This document shows, in pieces, positions 47,678 to 60,700 of a DNA stretch of 64,000 nucleotides (its first letter is position 1; every line of letters starts with the position of its first letter). A model generated the notes under the pieces. The model saw nothing but the letters and a program-made list of their open reading frames with translations. It did not search any database and was not told the origin of the DNA. Made by a program: the position numbers and the translations under genes. Source of the DNA: a virus; the IMG/VR virus record IMGVR_UViG_3300045988_056900; one strand, written 5' to 3'.

Positions 47678-50395
47678 ATGATACAAATTATAGATAACTT
47701 TGAACATAGAAGTAAACTACCTAATTTCGCCAGAGATCAATTCGATACCCTAGAAGAAATGAAGAATGTTCGTGATGAGGACATTGATGAAGGGCATATA
47801 TCTTATTGTATATCAACAGATAAACACTACAAATTTAATGCTAGCAACGCTATTGATTAGTCTACAGGTAAGTGGCGTGAATTCAAGGGTGAGAAAGGGG
47901 ATCCTGGAAAAGATGGTCAAGATGGGACAAATGTTTCATCTAATCTTACTGCATTCGTCTTTAAGTCTAGTGAAACTACACCAAGCAAACCCGTGGGTGG
48001 TAGTTGGAATTCAGATACTAATGTATTTACTCCTCCAACAGGCTGGTATACAACAGATCAAAACATGGTTGGTACCATCTGGATGTCATGGGCAGTATTT
48101 TAGACTACTGGAACTATTCAAGGGGAATGGTCTACGCCAGTTAGGATAACTGGTGAAAACGGTAAAGATGGATAGGATGGCAAATCAATAGAATTCATTT
48201 ATAAGGTATCTAATAGAGTACCAAATAGTTCTGATAAGCCTAGTAGTGTAAATGAAGATGGTAGTGTGCCAGATGGTTGGACAGATCATCCTACTGGTGT
48301 AAGTGAATCTAATCAGTATGAATGGATGTGTGTCAGAACTAAAACTGATGATTTATGGTCTGATTGGAATGGTCCAACAGTATGGTCTAAATGGGGAGCT
48401 AACGGTAAAGATGGAGATGGAGTAGAATATATATACAAAAGAACTACTACTAACTTATCTCCAGATAGACCTACAGAAGTAAGTCAAGAAGATGACTTTG
48501 TACCTGAAGGATGGACTGATGATCCTACTGGTGTAAACGAGAATAACATGTATGAGTGGGTATGTGTTAGAAAGTACAAAGAAGGAATTTGGAGTGAATT
48601 CAGTAATCCTGCTTTATGGGCAAAATGGGGAGAGAAAGGAGAACCAGGTAAGGATGGGAATGATGGTACATCTGTTAATATAAAAGGAGAAGTAGCATCA
48701 GAAGATCAATTGCCAGAATCAGCTCAACCTGGAGATGCCTACGTAGTAAATGGAGATTTATATGTATGGGATGGATTAAGATGGAATAACATAGGTGGTA
48801 TTAAAGGTCCAGCCGGTGATTCTGCTTACGTACATATAGCATTCGCAGACAATGTTGTAACAGATAGTATGGGCAACGTAGCATAGGTATACGGATTCAC
48901 TACTAGTGGATATACTGTTATGAAACCATTCATAGGTACTTATGCTGATCATACTGTAGCAGATTCGTAGGATCCTTTAGTATATAAATGGCAGAAGAAT
49001 AAAGGAGATAAAGGGGATACAGGTAATGATGGACCACAAGGAGTACCAGGTCCAGCAGGATAGGATGGTAAAACATTATACACTTGGATTAGATATGCAG
49101 AAGATGCAAATGGTACAGGTATAAGCAATAGTCCTGATGGTAAAAGTTATATAGGCTTAGCTTACAACAAAGAAACAGCATCTGAAAGTAATAATCCTAG
49201 TGATTATACATGGTCAAAGATAACAGGTAAAGATGGAGTAGCTGGTCCTGCTGGAGAAGACGGTAAAACATTATATACTTGGATTAAGTACGCTGATACT
49301 ATGCCTACTTCTTCATCTAGTACTATATATGATATACCTAATGAAAATACTAAGTATATTGGTATAGCAGTAAATAAAGATACAGCATCTGAAAGTACAG
49401 ATGCAATGGTCTATACTTGGAGTCTATTTAGAGGAGCAGATGGTACTAATGGTACCAATGGAAAAGACGGTAGAGATGGTAGAATTGTATATCCTGCTGG
49501 TATATATGACGCTACAGTAACTTATACAGCTACTGATACTAAAGCACCATACGTATTATATGGAGAAACATATTATGTTATGAACGTAACCACTAGTTGG
49601 ACTGGTTCATAGAATGATGGTAAAACTCCTGCAGATGATTATGAACAATACGGCGAACATGCTACATGGATACCAATGGAAAAGTTTGAAGCTGTATACG
49701 CTAAGTTATTGATTGCAGATAACGGTACATTAGGTAAGTTTGTGTTCAACGGAAATTACATGTTTAGTCAACAAGGTAAAGATGGAAGTGGTAATAGTTC
49801 TAATGACTATGAAAACTTCAATCCAGACAGACCTGATTCAGGAAACTTTTAGCCTAATCTATACATAGACGGACTTACTGGAAAAATAGTAGCTAGTAAT
49901 GCTTATGTAAAAGGTTCATATAAAGAATAGGCTAAATTGGTTACTAATTCTGATTCTTACTTCTTAGAATATGGCGGAGGTATTATAAGTGTTAATAGAA
50001 GGGTAGATGATCTTATGGGGAAAAATACCCATTAGCACGTAAGTGTTGGTAGTGGTTGGATATATAATTCAGGTAATCCTGAAAAAGAATGGTCTTCATA
50101 CACTATTACTAATGTATCAGATACTCCACTTTTAATAACAAACTATTTTTCAGGTTGTTTCAGAGCATTTAGTTATCTTAATAGTTTATATTATGGAGTA
50201 ATATTACCAGATAAATATAGTTCTGTTACACTGAGAAGAGTGAGAGTGCCAGATGATACTCCTGTAGATTTTGATGGATTATCTAATGCAGGTTATGTAA
50301 ACGAAATAGCTCTTATACAGCCAGGGCAAAACAGAGTAACTACTAATGTAACTTGGACAGTAGGAAAGGTTAATTACAATATGATACAACTCTAA
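47678..50395 (+). CDS. tail fibre with collagen-like G-x-y runs and duplicated modules, 10 in-frame TAG codons
   Basis: 905 aa in one frame, checked codon by codon. GEKGDPGKDGQDG, GEKGEPGKDGNDG, GDKGDTGNDGPQGVPGPAG[TAG]DG. The module DGWTD.PTGV.E.N.YEW.CVR occurs twice. Confidence 0.8.
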
Positions 50396-51417
50396 TGAAA
50401 AACATAGTAGATAAATAGCTAAGATACTCTGTTAAAATAAATTACAGAGACGTTTTAGCATCTATATGTATTAACGAACTAGAATCTTTACTTAACAAAG
50501 TAGATTTAGTTCAAGATAGATAGATGCTAAAAGATATGATCTGTCATTGTAATAGGCATATAGGCGTGGATTCTCCTCTAGGGCTCTTCACTGTATGTAA
50601 TCTATTTACCCCTTATGAAGAACCAGAATGCTCTTACGGTAGAATAATCTATAATATATTCCAAGTAAGAGATGGAGTGGAAGAAGCTCCTATTGATGGT
50701 AAGCAATACGCTAGATAGAATGCGCAGTGGAGTGAAGTCAAAAGTACTGGTGGTGGAGATATGGAAACAAATACTCCTTTAGTTAAACCTACTATGTTAG
50801 TAACATGGATGAACAATAGAACTGGTACTACTAGTACTTCTCTATCAATAAATGCAGAAATAGGTGATGTATATAAATGGACAGGTAGCTACATGTGGAG
50901 TTCTAAGAATGACTATAAAAATCCAGAAACTATGGAGAGTAATGTGTTTGATAAATTGACATCTGATGGAGTACAATCTCCCACAGTAGAAATAGAAGTA
51001 CTGTCTAATGCTAATTATTATGTTACACTTAAAGCTCCTAAGACTGGATATGAAATAATAGACGGTACTTTGGTTCCAGCTACTGGAGATGATAAGTAGA
51101 CTGTAAATAGTAAGATTAATTTCTTATATCCTGTATATTATGGAGTAAATGGAAAATTAAATAAATAGTTAGTATCTTCTAATAATTTAACTATCTCTAA
51201 TGTAACAACAAGTGGTAGTGAGTACTTTGTATATAAGTATCCTAGTAGTTTTCCTAAACTAACTACTATTACTTAGAATGATGCATATAATATAACACAA
51301 GCATTCATTTATAGTGAAGAATAGTTCACAACTGATACAGGACTTAAATTAACAATGAGAGTATATACTTCTGCTAATCCAGGAGCGTTTACTAATGCTA
51401 AACTAAACTTTAAATGA
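50395..51417 (+). CDS. tail-module protein, 7 in-frame TAG codons
   Basis: TAATG overlap start. Joins track ORFs 50524 and 50761. TGA stop at 51415. Confidence 0.6.
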
Positions 51418-54400
51418 CAGAGAGTATAATCACATTCCCGTCGAAGATTGGTAGTAATAATCCTAAAGCCTATGGAGCTATTAATGCGACATAGGTTTCT
51501 GGGCATAAACAAGTTGCTACTACTAGTGATCTATACACTATTTCTGATTCTATACTTAGCGAGAGTAAAGATAATACTAACAATGATGCTATAGGTTAGA
51601 GATGGTTTGTGTAGAGTTCATAGGATTACTATCAATTAATTAGCTGGGAAAATAGAAATAATAGTAGAGGTTGGTCAGTAGTGCAAGGCGGGAGTGGTGA
51701 TGGAGGTACTAACATTGTTATATCTGATACTCCGCCTTTAGATACTAATGACATATGGGCAGATGACTCTGAAAAGTCAATTCCTGAATATGTGAATGAA
51801 GACTTATAGAGTTTGATATAGGCAGTTAATGCTATTCAACAATAGATAAGGAAGTATGAATATGCATTTAACAATCAATTAAGTTCTGGAGATTTTACTA
51901 ATAATACTGCTGATGCTATTACTAGTGTAGAACCAGAATAGCCTGTAGAATATACAGAAGAATAGAACTTAAAATATATAGGTACTAATACGGCTAGAGA
52001 CCCTGAGTATCCAGCATACTCTGAAACTATGATACCTAACCTTAAACATTTATGTATTAAGGCTGGTAAATATACTGACCTATTAGATAATCAAGATAAA
52101 TTTTTAAATAATGAATTATTGTGGTGTACCGATACCCAAAGACTTTATATTAAAAGTGAAGGTAACCTTGTATGGATTAATAAATCCGGAGGTGGTGGAG
52201 GTGAAGACCCAGACCCAGGAGATGAAGGCATGACTAAAGATGATTTAGATAAACTGGACTATATTGGATTTGTAGCTCCAAGTGGACAAACTTATCGTGT
52301 TAAGGTAAGTAATGATGGTAAACTTATTGTTTACATGAAAGAACTCGATACACCTCAAGCAGAACCAACTGGAGGTCAAACAGATCCTAGTACTGGCTGG
52401 GTGTATGTAACTTCTTTGTATTTACAGAAATTATATATTAATAGTTTATACTGCGGAGGACTAACTGCAGATGAACATAGCTATAATTACTGTTCACATA
52501 ATTTCGTAGAACTATCCAATCTAACTGATGCGGATATTAATCTAAATGGGCTATCGTTATAGTACTCTAGTGGTGGTACTAATTGGGAAGTTCTTCCCCT
52601 TGAAGGGCTAATTAAAAAAGGAGAAACATTTCTTATTAGAGGAGCGCAATGCTCAGTAATGGATGCAAATACTACTCGTATCAAAGTAAACAGTTATGAT
52701 ATGGAATGGTATGCTAAAGACGGATAGTTAATTAAGTTTGATAATACTAAAGCAAAGTTTTATCTTACTTGGGGTGATACTCCTTCTAGTGTAGCATCTC
52801 CATATAGTAATGTTGGAGGAAGTTATAAAGTAAGTAAAGGATATATAGATTTAGTGGGATTAAATAAAGAAAATGCCGGTGATGCAGATACTATTGATGC
52901 TAAAGAAAATAATCCATATGCTTATCTCAATTCCAACAGATTATTTACTAAGTATTATAGTATGGACCCAGTAAGTCAAGCTACTAAATCGTTGGATAAG
53001 AGAAATAATGCCAATGATTGGTATTTCGTAGATTTGACTAAAGATATTATTCCTATGATAGAATCTTATACTCCTAAGGCTACTTATGAGCATAAAAATA
53101 TATTCTATAATAAAACCAAACTAGATACTACTAAACCGAACTATATTACATGTACTTTTGGTATTCAAGCAACTGCTCCTAATGCTACTAGATGCTTTAA
53201 CTGGATATCTACTGAGTATCATGACGAATTCTTATGGTATAAGAAGCAAGGAGAATTAGAATGGAACAAAGTAGAATCATTCAAAAATGAATCTGGTATT
53301 AGAAAGTATTATAATAGAATTAGATCTGAGTTTACCGATGGTACAGCATTCACTACTCATAAAGTAATAATCAAAAATCTAAGTGCTGGAGTATATGATT
53401 ACAAGGTAGTTAGAGATGAGAATTACGAAAGTGAAGTATTACATTTTACTGTACGTGAAGGATCAGATGAATTCACCTTTGTTCAAGTATCAGACCAATA
53501 GGGATTTAGATGGGATGAATATCAGATATGGAAATCATCTGCTGAATACATCAAAGACAATGTAGCTGATATGGAGTTCACAGTAAATACTGGCGATATG
53601 ACTCAAAATGGTAATCGTGTTAACGAATGGATTGACTACTATACAGGTAGACAAGCTATGAAGGATTTCGAGGAAATGCCAGTAATTGGAAATAATGACT
53701 TGTGTCCTGCCAACATTTATCAGTTAGGTAATGGAGGTGATAGTTCAAAGATTAATCCTAAGAACTTATCATTCTTCTATACTTTTGAAATGGATGAAGA
53801 GAATCCTCCTATTTTCAACATTGAGGGTAAGGAAGTATTCATTGATTCTCTATATTCATTCAATTATGGCAATGTACACTTCATGGCTATCAATTCTGAG
53901 ATTACAGATGGTACTGAGAAGAATGTGTATGGACTAAGTACAAACGGTTTAGTATATTCTAATATGAAGACATGGTGTCAGAACGATATTAATAAGAATT
54001 CTGATAAGACATGGAAGATAGCGTTTACTCACGAGTTACCATTTACTATTATTACTCAGAATGTGATCAGTAAGTTTTATTGGGATAATACAGAAAACAG
54101 TAAGATTGAAAGATCTGGTAGTCACTTGAACTATAATACTACAGCTGATAATAAGTACTGGTTTAGTAAATTCTGTCAGGAGAATGACATTAGATTAGCT
54201 ATAGGTGGACATAAACATACATATGCAGCTACATTCCCATTGAAGGAGAATCCAGTTAGCACTATGAAACCTATTATTCAAGTGACAGCAGAGATGCTAC
54301 AAGAATCATTTGGTACTACTACTCTTGCTGCTGATAATTCAGATCCACAACTAGAAGGTCAATTATTCCCATCTACATGGATTGGTAATGATGCATATAA

Positions 54401-54794
54401 GACTCAGAAGCACTTATGTACATTTGAGTTAGTAGATAGGATAACTGCTCCTGTATACATTACTAATCAAGCTACAGGTTATAAACACACTTCTAATAAG
54501 GAGTTGCCATCCCCTTATACTCCTTGGGATCACTACTTCTTCCCAGCTACTATTACTCAAACTAGTCAAACAGATATTACAGCTAAAGTAAATGCTGGGC
54601 AAAGATATCCTTTCTATACTATTTATAAAGTAACAGCTAGTAATATTCAGTGCATTACTAAAAAGATTAATTACTTATTTACTTCTGCTGGTAAATATAA
54701 TGTTAATATTCCTAGTAGCAGTAATCCTCCTGCAGCAATTGGTGGAAACGGAGAAATTAATAGTGGTAATGACATAATTGTTATAACAAAATGA
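51414..54794 (+). CDS. 1,126-aa tail-module protein with a lamin-tail-like domain and a calcineurin-type metallophosphoesterase domain, 12 in-frame TAG codons
   Basis: One frame, checked by hand. LTD-like NFVELSNLTDADINLNGLSL[TAG]YSSGG. Phosphoesterase motifs VQVSDQ[TAG]G, TGDMTQNG, GNND, GNVHFMAINSE and GGHKHTYA. Confidence 0.7.
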
Positions 54795-57700
54795 ATTTAA
54801 GAAAGTATAATGAAACTACCGGCACTTGGGATATAATCTCTTCAGGTAATGCTTCTGGTATCATGGTTACAGACCCTCACTTTTTAGATGAGGGTCAAAC
54901 CTTTAAGTCTGTTAATCAAGTATTAGTAGACATGGATGACAAAGTAGAAGAGACTAAACGTAATCTTAGTTGGGTAGTATTAAACGGTACTATTGGTGGC
55001 GGAGGAGGCGGTGGTGGAACCACAGCGTCTATAAAGCTAACTGATGGTAGTATTGTTACTAATGAAGGTGTAAACTATTTGTATTCAACATAGACCAAAC
55101 TGACACTACACTATCTTATTAGTTCTACTAAACCGAACGAGAAGTATAACATATCTGTATCACTAGATGGTAATACTATAATCAGTAAACAGATTGGTTA
55201 TTCTTCTGTACAAGGTACATTAGATATTCCTAATATTGCGTAGTTCTCAAATTCAGCCAGTCATAGTATAGTAGTTACTGCTGAGAATGCAGAAGGTATA
55301 TCTGTTACACCGTATCTACTTACAGTAGTAGAATCTTCTATTAGCCTAGAATCTTCAGTAACATCTGTAACTGCAACTATTGGATTACCATATAATATCA
55401 CGTATAAGATAACAAATAAAGTGTTAGGTTCAGAGACTTCTCTTATTGTTACTAATACTACTAATGGTATATCTAAGAGTTATTCTGTAGGTAAGTTTAC
55501 TTCTGTAGAACCTAAACTATTAGATGTTAACTTCTTTGATCTATTTGATGGTGCTACTCCAACTGCCGGTAGTTCTTATACTATATCTGCTTAGGCTACT
55601 ACATCAGTAGATACTCAGGTAATCAATTCTGATGTGATAACTAACAAAGTAGTAGTAGAAGATGGTTAGACACTAGTAGTACTAGTAGATGGAGTAACCA
55701 CACAAGCAGACATAGAATCTGGAATTGAACCTACTGAGTTTGCACAATCTGGTAATATATCATTCTCATTTACTCCTTATCTAGCAGGAGTATCTATTAT
55801 ATACTATGCTCTAAGAATACAGAGAGGTACCATAATAAATGATATAGGTAACTTTGATGCGGATAGCAGTAATTTCAACTCTAATAGTTATGTGATTAGA
55901 GGTAAAGCTCAAGTGTTTAGTTGGTCTATTCCATAGGAAGAAATGTACCTAGGAGACTATAAAATTACTTTAAGATGCTGGTCTGAGAAAGGTAGTCCTA
56001 TAACAGATACTATAATCAGATGTAATGTAATCGCTGCAGATCAAAGTTTGATTCCTACATAGAATCCAAGCAATACTATGTACGCATAGTGGAATATAAA
56101 ACAAGCTACATTTCCTCAAGAAACATCTGCTAAAATATGGTCTAGCGTTGTACCTAACTTTATTATGCCAGGATAGCAAGAAGAACAATCTGTAACTACT
56201 AATCTTAATGTATATGATACTAATGGTATACTATCGGGCTTCTTGAATGAGAATGGATAGAGTAAATTAAGATTGGCTGGAGAAGCATATGGTGTAGTTG
56301 ACCTATAGCCATTCGCTAGTTCTATAGCAGATAATGCAAACTGGTCTAGATTAGGTTTTACTATATCTACTACGTTTAAAACAGATTTACATCCGTACAA
56401 TGACAGAACTGTATTCTTTATAGGAGACTATTCATCAGACAATAGCTTTCAAGAAGGTATTATAGTAAGTCTAGAAGATGTAATATGGAAGTACACAGAT
56501 GGAGCTATTAAGGAAAGTATATCATGTAAGATACAACAAAACACTGTAAATACTCTTGATTTTGTAGTAGACCAAAGTAATAAAGAAGTTAAGATATTTG
56601 TTAATGGTGTATTGAATGTAGCTAGAGAGATAAAAGATAATTTCACTTGGAGTACATCAAGTAAGATATATTTAGGATGTACTTACTAGAATGGTAAACC
56701 TAGTAACTTCAGCGATGTAGAGTTCTATGAAATGAACTTGTTTAGATCTCCTCTTAATGATAAACAGATAGTTATTAATGCACTTAATGCTAGAGTAAGA
56801 GCTACATTAACTAGTACAGGTTCTGTAGATTTTACAGAGTATAACAACTTAAAGTTAAAGAACTTCTTTAGTATAACAGAGAATAGTAGTTCTTCAACTC
56901 TTTGGGATGACTCTACTGGTACATATGCTAAATTGAATTTTAACAGTCTTATTGGTGATGTCAATAGAAAACCACCTCTTCCAGTAGTATTAATAAACTG
57001 TTCCAATTCTGGGTTTACTAAAGCTGTGTATGAAGCTATCGGTCCTAATACTACTATGTACAATGGTTGTACATTCAGTTATTTCGATCCAGATTCATCA
57101 AGTGGTTCAGCTGTATCTACTACAGAAATGTCTATACAGATACAGGGTACATCATCTACTGGTTATAGAAGTAAGAACTTAGAGATAGCATTTAACAAAG
57201 TAATTACTGACGATGAAGGTAAGACTATTGGACCAGAGTTATTCCAACCTAAGTCTACATGGATGCCAGAAAATCAGTTTACTTTGAAAGCTGACGTAGT
57301 AGACAGTGCTCATGCCAATAACGCTTCTATAGGTAAGTGGATTAATGATAATGCAGATGTACTGTTTGATAAGACACCACCTATGTAGGAACTTGAAGCT
57401 AGACGTCCTGTAGACTCTATTACTCCAAGTTAGACTCATACTGATGTAACTATCAAGCATACACTAGAAGGTTTCCCTGTAATCTTACTTATCTAGTTCG
57501 ATGGTACTAGTACTCAAGAGATGTTGGGTATCTACTCATTTAACTTAGGTCGTGCAGCATACTATAATATGGGTATGAAGTTCTTGAAGAACTTTACTAC
57601 TAAGATTAAGAATGTAACAGGTGAGTACATTGATCAACCACTTCCAGCATTCGTAACTAAGTATGAAGCATATAAAGTAAATGAGAACTTTGGTAGTATC

Positions 57701-60700
57701 AATCAATAGTAGATATACTCATACGAGTTTGGTGATAACGCGAATATCATCGAAACAGCTGAAGGTATACAACCTACTGCATTGTTCATGCAGGATGACT
57801 TAACTGTTATCCAACACGTAGGAGAGTTCAAGTTTAATGGTGCTACTTAGGATGCTACAGCTGTAACCGATAACAATATATGGCAGAGACTGTAGTTACT
57901 GTTTACTACACTAGCCGGTATGACTGGTGAAGAGATAAGTAAATACAGATGGAATACTATAACTAAAGGATATGAAAAAACAGGAGCTACGTATCCTGCA
58001 CAGCAATCCTGGTCTGCTCTTGCCGATGATCTTACTTTAAGACTAAGTATTAGAAATGCATATTCATACTTTATGATATGTGTAGTATTCGGTCTTGTGG
58101 ACTCATTAGGAAAGAATATGGTGTTAAGATCATGGAATGTAGGAGGATCCACTACAGATTAGAATATGAATAAGTGGTACCCATGTTTCTATGATATGGA
58201 TACTGCAAATGGAGTAAGTAATACTGGTGAAGAAAATGTTGCTAAGACGGCATATATAGACGGTTTCAGCAATGCAGATACTACTACGGGTGTGAACTCT
58301 CTTATAATCAAATAGAACGATCCTAATAACGGGTATGACGAATACTCAAGTAGATTGTGGGATGTTCTAAGAGATAGTAGATTCATAAGTACTGGAGTAT
58401 ATTCAGGAAGTGATTATAATGGATTATGGGATCTATGGAGAACCAATAGTTCATTATTAACCAGTTCTTCTATGTTCGTTGAAAACTACTTTAGTGCTTA
58501 GACAAAGAACTGTGGAGAACTATTATACAACTATGACTACCGAGTTAAGTATCTTACGAAATATTAGAAAGATGAAGATAGCCCTGCGTCATATGCTAAT
58601 GTGGAATTCTTGCATGGTACACGTAATGACTTTGTAAGAGATTGGCTAAAGAAGAGATTGACATTTATGGATGGAGTATTCTTATTTGCTAATAATAATA
58701 TTATCTATCCGTACAATGAAAAAGGTTCTTTCAAGTGTGGTGGTGCTTAGAACAACAACTCTAAGTTAACTATTAAGATGAATAGTCCTGCTATACTTAC
58801 TGTGAATATAGGTAATGCAGCAGGTAGTGAAACTAGATATTACATAGAAGAGAATGTGGATACAGATATATATCTACCATCTTTATCTTCATTTAATACT
58901 CAGATTACAGTAAACAATATGTCTGAGATAAGTAATATGAAAGGACTGGACGAGATTAGATTCCAAGGTTTCATGACATCAATGTCGCTACCTAGTATGT
59001 CTGAAATAGATGTATAGAATACTAGTACCTTATCATCTAATCCTATAGACTTTGCTACTATATTCGTTAAGAGATAGGATGGCAAGAGTGTTTCAGATAT
59101 TAGACATATTAATTTGTCTAACACTAGTTTTTGGTCAGGAAACAGTGGTGTTAACTCATTTCCAGTAGACATATAGAACTATAACAAACTAAAGACAATA
59201 GATATATCAAATGGATGTGTAACTTCACTGGCACTGCCTAATGCCGCATTATCTACTCTTACTTTAACAAATTCTGCTATAGAAAGGGTAACTCTAGCTG
59301 ACCAACCTTTTATTAGTAAAATTGATTTTACAGGGTGTAATAAACTACAATCCGTAGAAGTAAGTAATTGTAACTAGATAATAGAATTAGACTTACGTAA
59401 TTTGAGTGACTTAACTAGTATCAATATTATTGGTTGTGCTAAGCTCGAAAGAATTTATGCACCTAACTGTAATAAGTTAGCCACATTTAATGTGTCAAAT
59501 GCTAACGCACTCAAGTCTGTAACCCTATCTAATTGTAATAATGCTAACTTAAGTATTAGTTTAGTAGGAGCTCCTAATCTTGAAGAATTGAATTTAGATA
59601 ATACAAATACTACCGATGTAATTGAATTTGCACCAGGATTCAATAAATTGAAAACATTAAATATTTCTTCAAGTAACATTAATGCATTTCAATTTGGAAA
59701 TGATCCTGTAGCTACTACATCTACAGGTGAAAGAATACTAGATCTTAGTCCATTTACTTTTACTAATCTGTATATGCACTATAATAGTTCTAAGTATGTA
59801 AAATTTAAGAATAGTAAAACAAATCCTTTCGCAGTTAATAGTTCTACTTTTAATAACTGTTCTAGTTTAACTAGAGTATTCGGACACATAAAACTAACAT
59901 CAGGAAGTGTATTCAATACTTGCCCTAACTTCTTTATACACGATGTACTAGAAGACGTGACTATTAAACCAACTAGAGGGCAATGGTACGGTCCAGATAC
60001 AGATACTACAGAAGGTTAGGAATAGTGGGATAACAATCAAGGATTAGAGACTAATATATCCATAGGTACTACTAATTTAAGTAGCTGCTTTGTAGGAACT
60101 AAAGTAAACATATATGATGTGTATTATATATTGAATATGTGTGATGATGTCGAAAACATTGTTTCTATATTTCATTCTTGTTCAAATGTAATTACAGATT
60201 TTAGTAATCCTCTAAGTAGAGACACATTTAAATATTGTGGTAACGTTACTAATGCTTAGCACGCCTTCTATGCTACTAGGCTAACAGGTCCTATGTATAG
60301 TCCTACTCATACTGGAGATACAATTACTGAATACAATGGTTTATTAAGCCCTTTGAAGAAGTTAGTATCCTGCAGTAGTATGTTCAAAACTGCTGCTGGC
60401 AATTTCTACATAGATGATTTATTCTTTGCATAGATAGGTGCTAATCAATATTTACAATTGGCGCATCTGTCTAGCATGTTCAATTACGGTGGTAGTAATA
60501 TAATATTTGTAGATAACTGTGATGAAACTTTAACTTCAGCAGAAGTAGCAGAGGGACGAAGAGCATATGCTAGAGCATCTAAATTATTAAGAGATCTTCC
60601 CAATCTAGATACTATAGCTAATATGTTCAATGGTTGTTGGTTTAATTTCGATACAGAAAGTACCGACGATAGTGTAATATATAGTCCGTTATTCGCTTAT

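Noticed and set aside
38622-51417. Possibility that TGA is also recoded (code 4 style).
   Set aside because: TGA closes well-defined genes on both arms (38622, 51415, 54792, 29055, 15986, 17896, 22920). I saw no in-frame TGA inside any of the conserved proteins that I translated by hand.
55001-55024. Glycine-codon run GGTGGCGGAGGAGGCGGTGGTGGA as a slippery or phase-variable tract.
   Set aside because: It is a heterogeneous codon mix rather than a homopolymer or simple repeat. It most likely just encodes a G8 linker in the giant tail protein.
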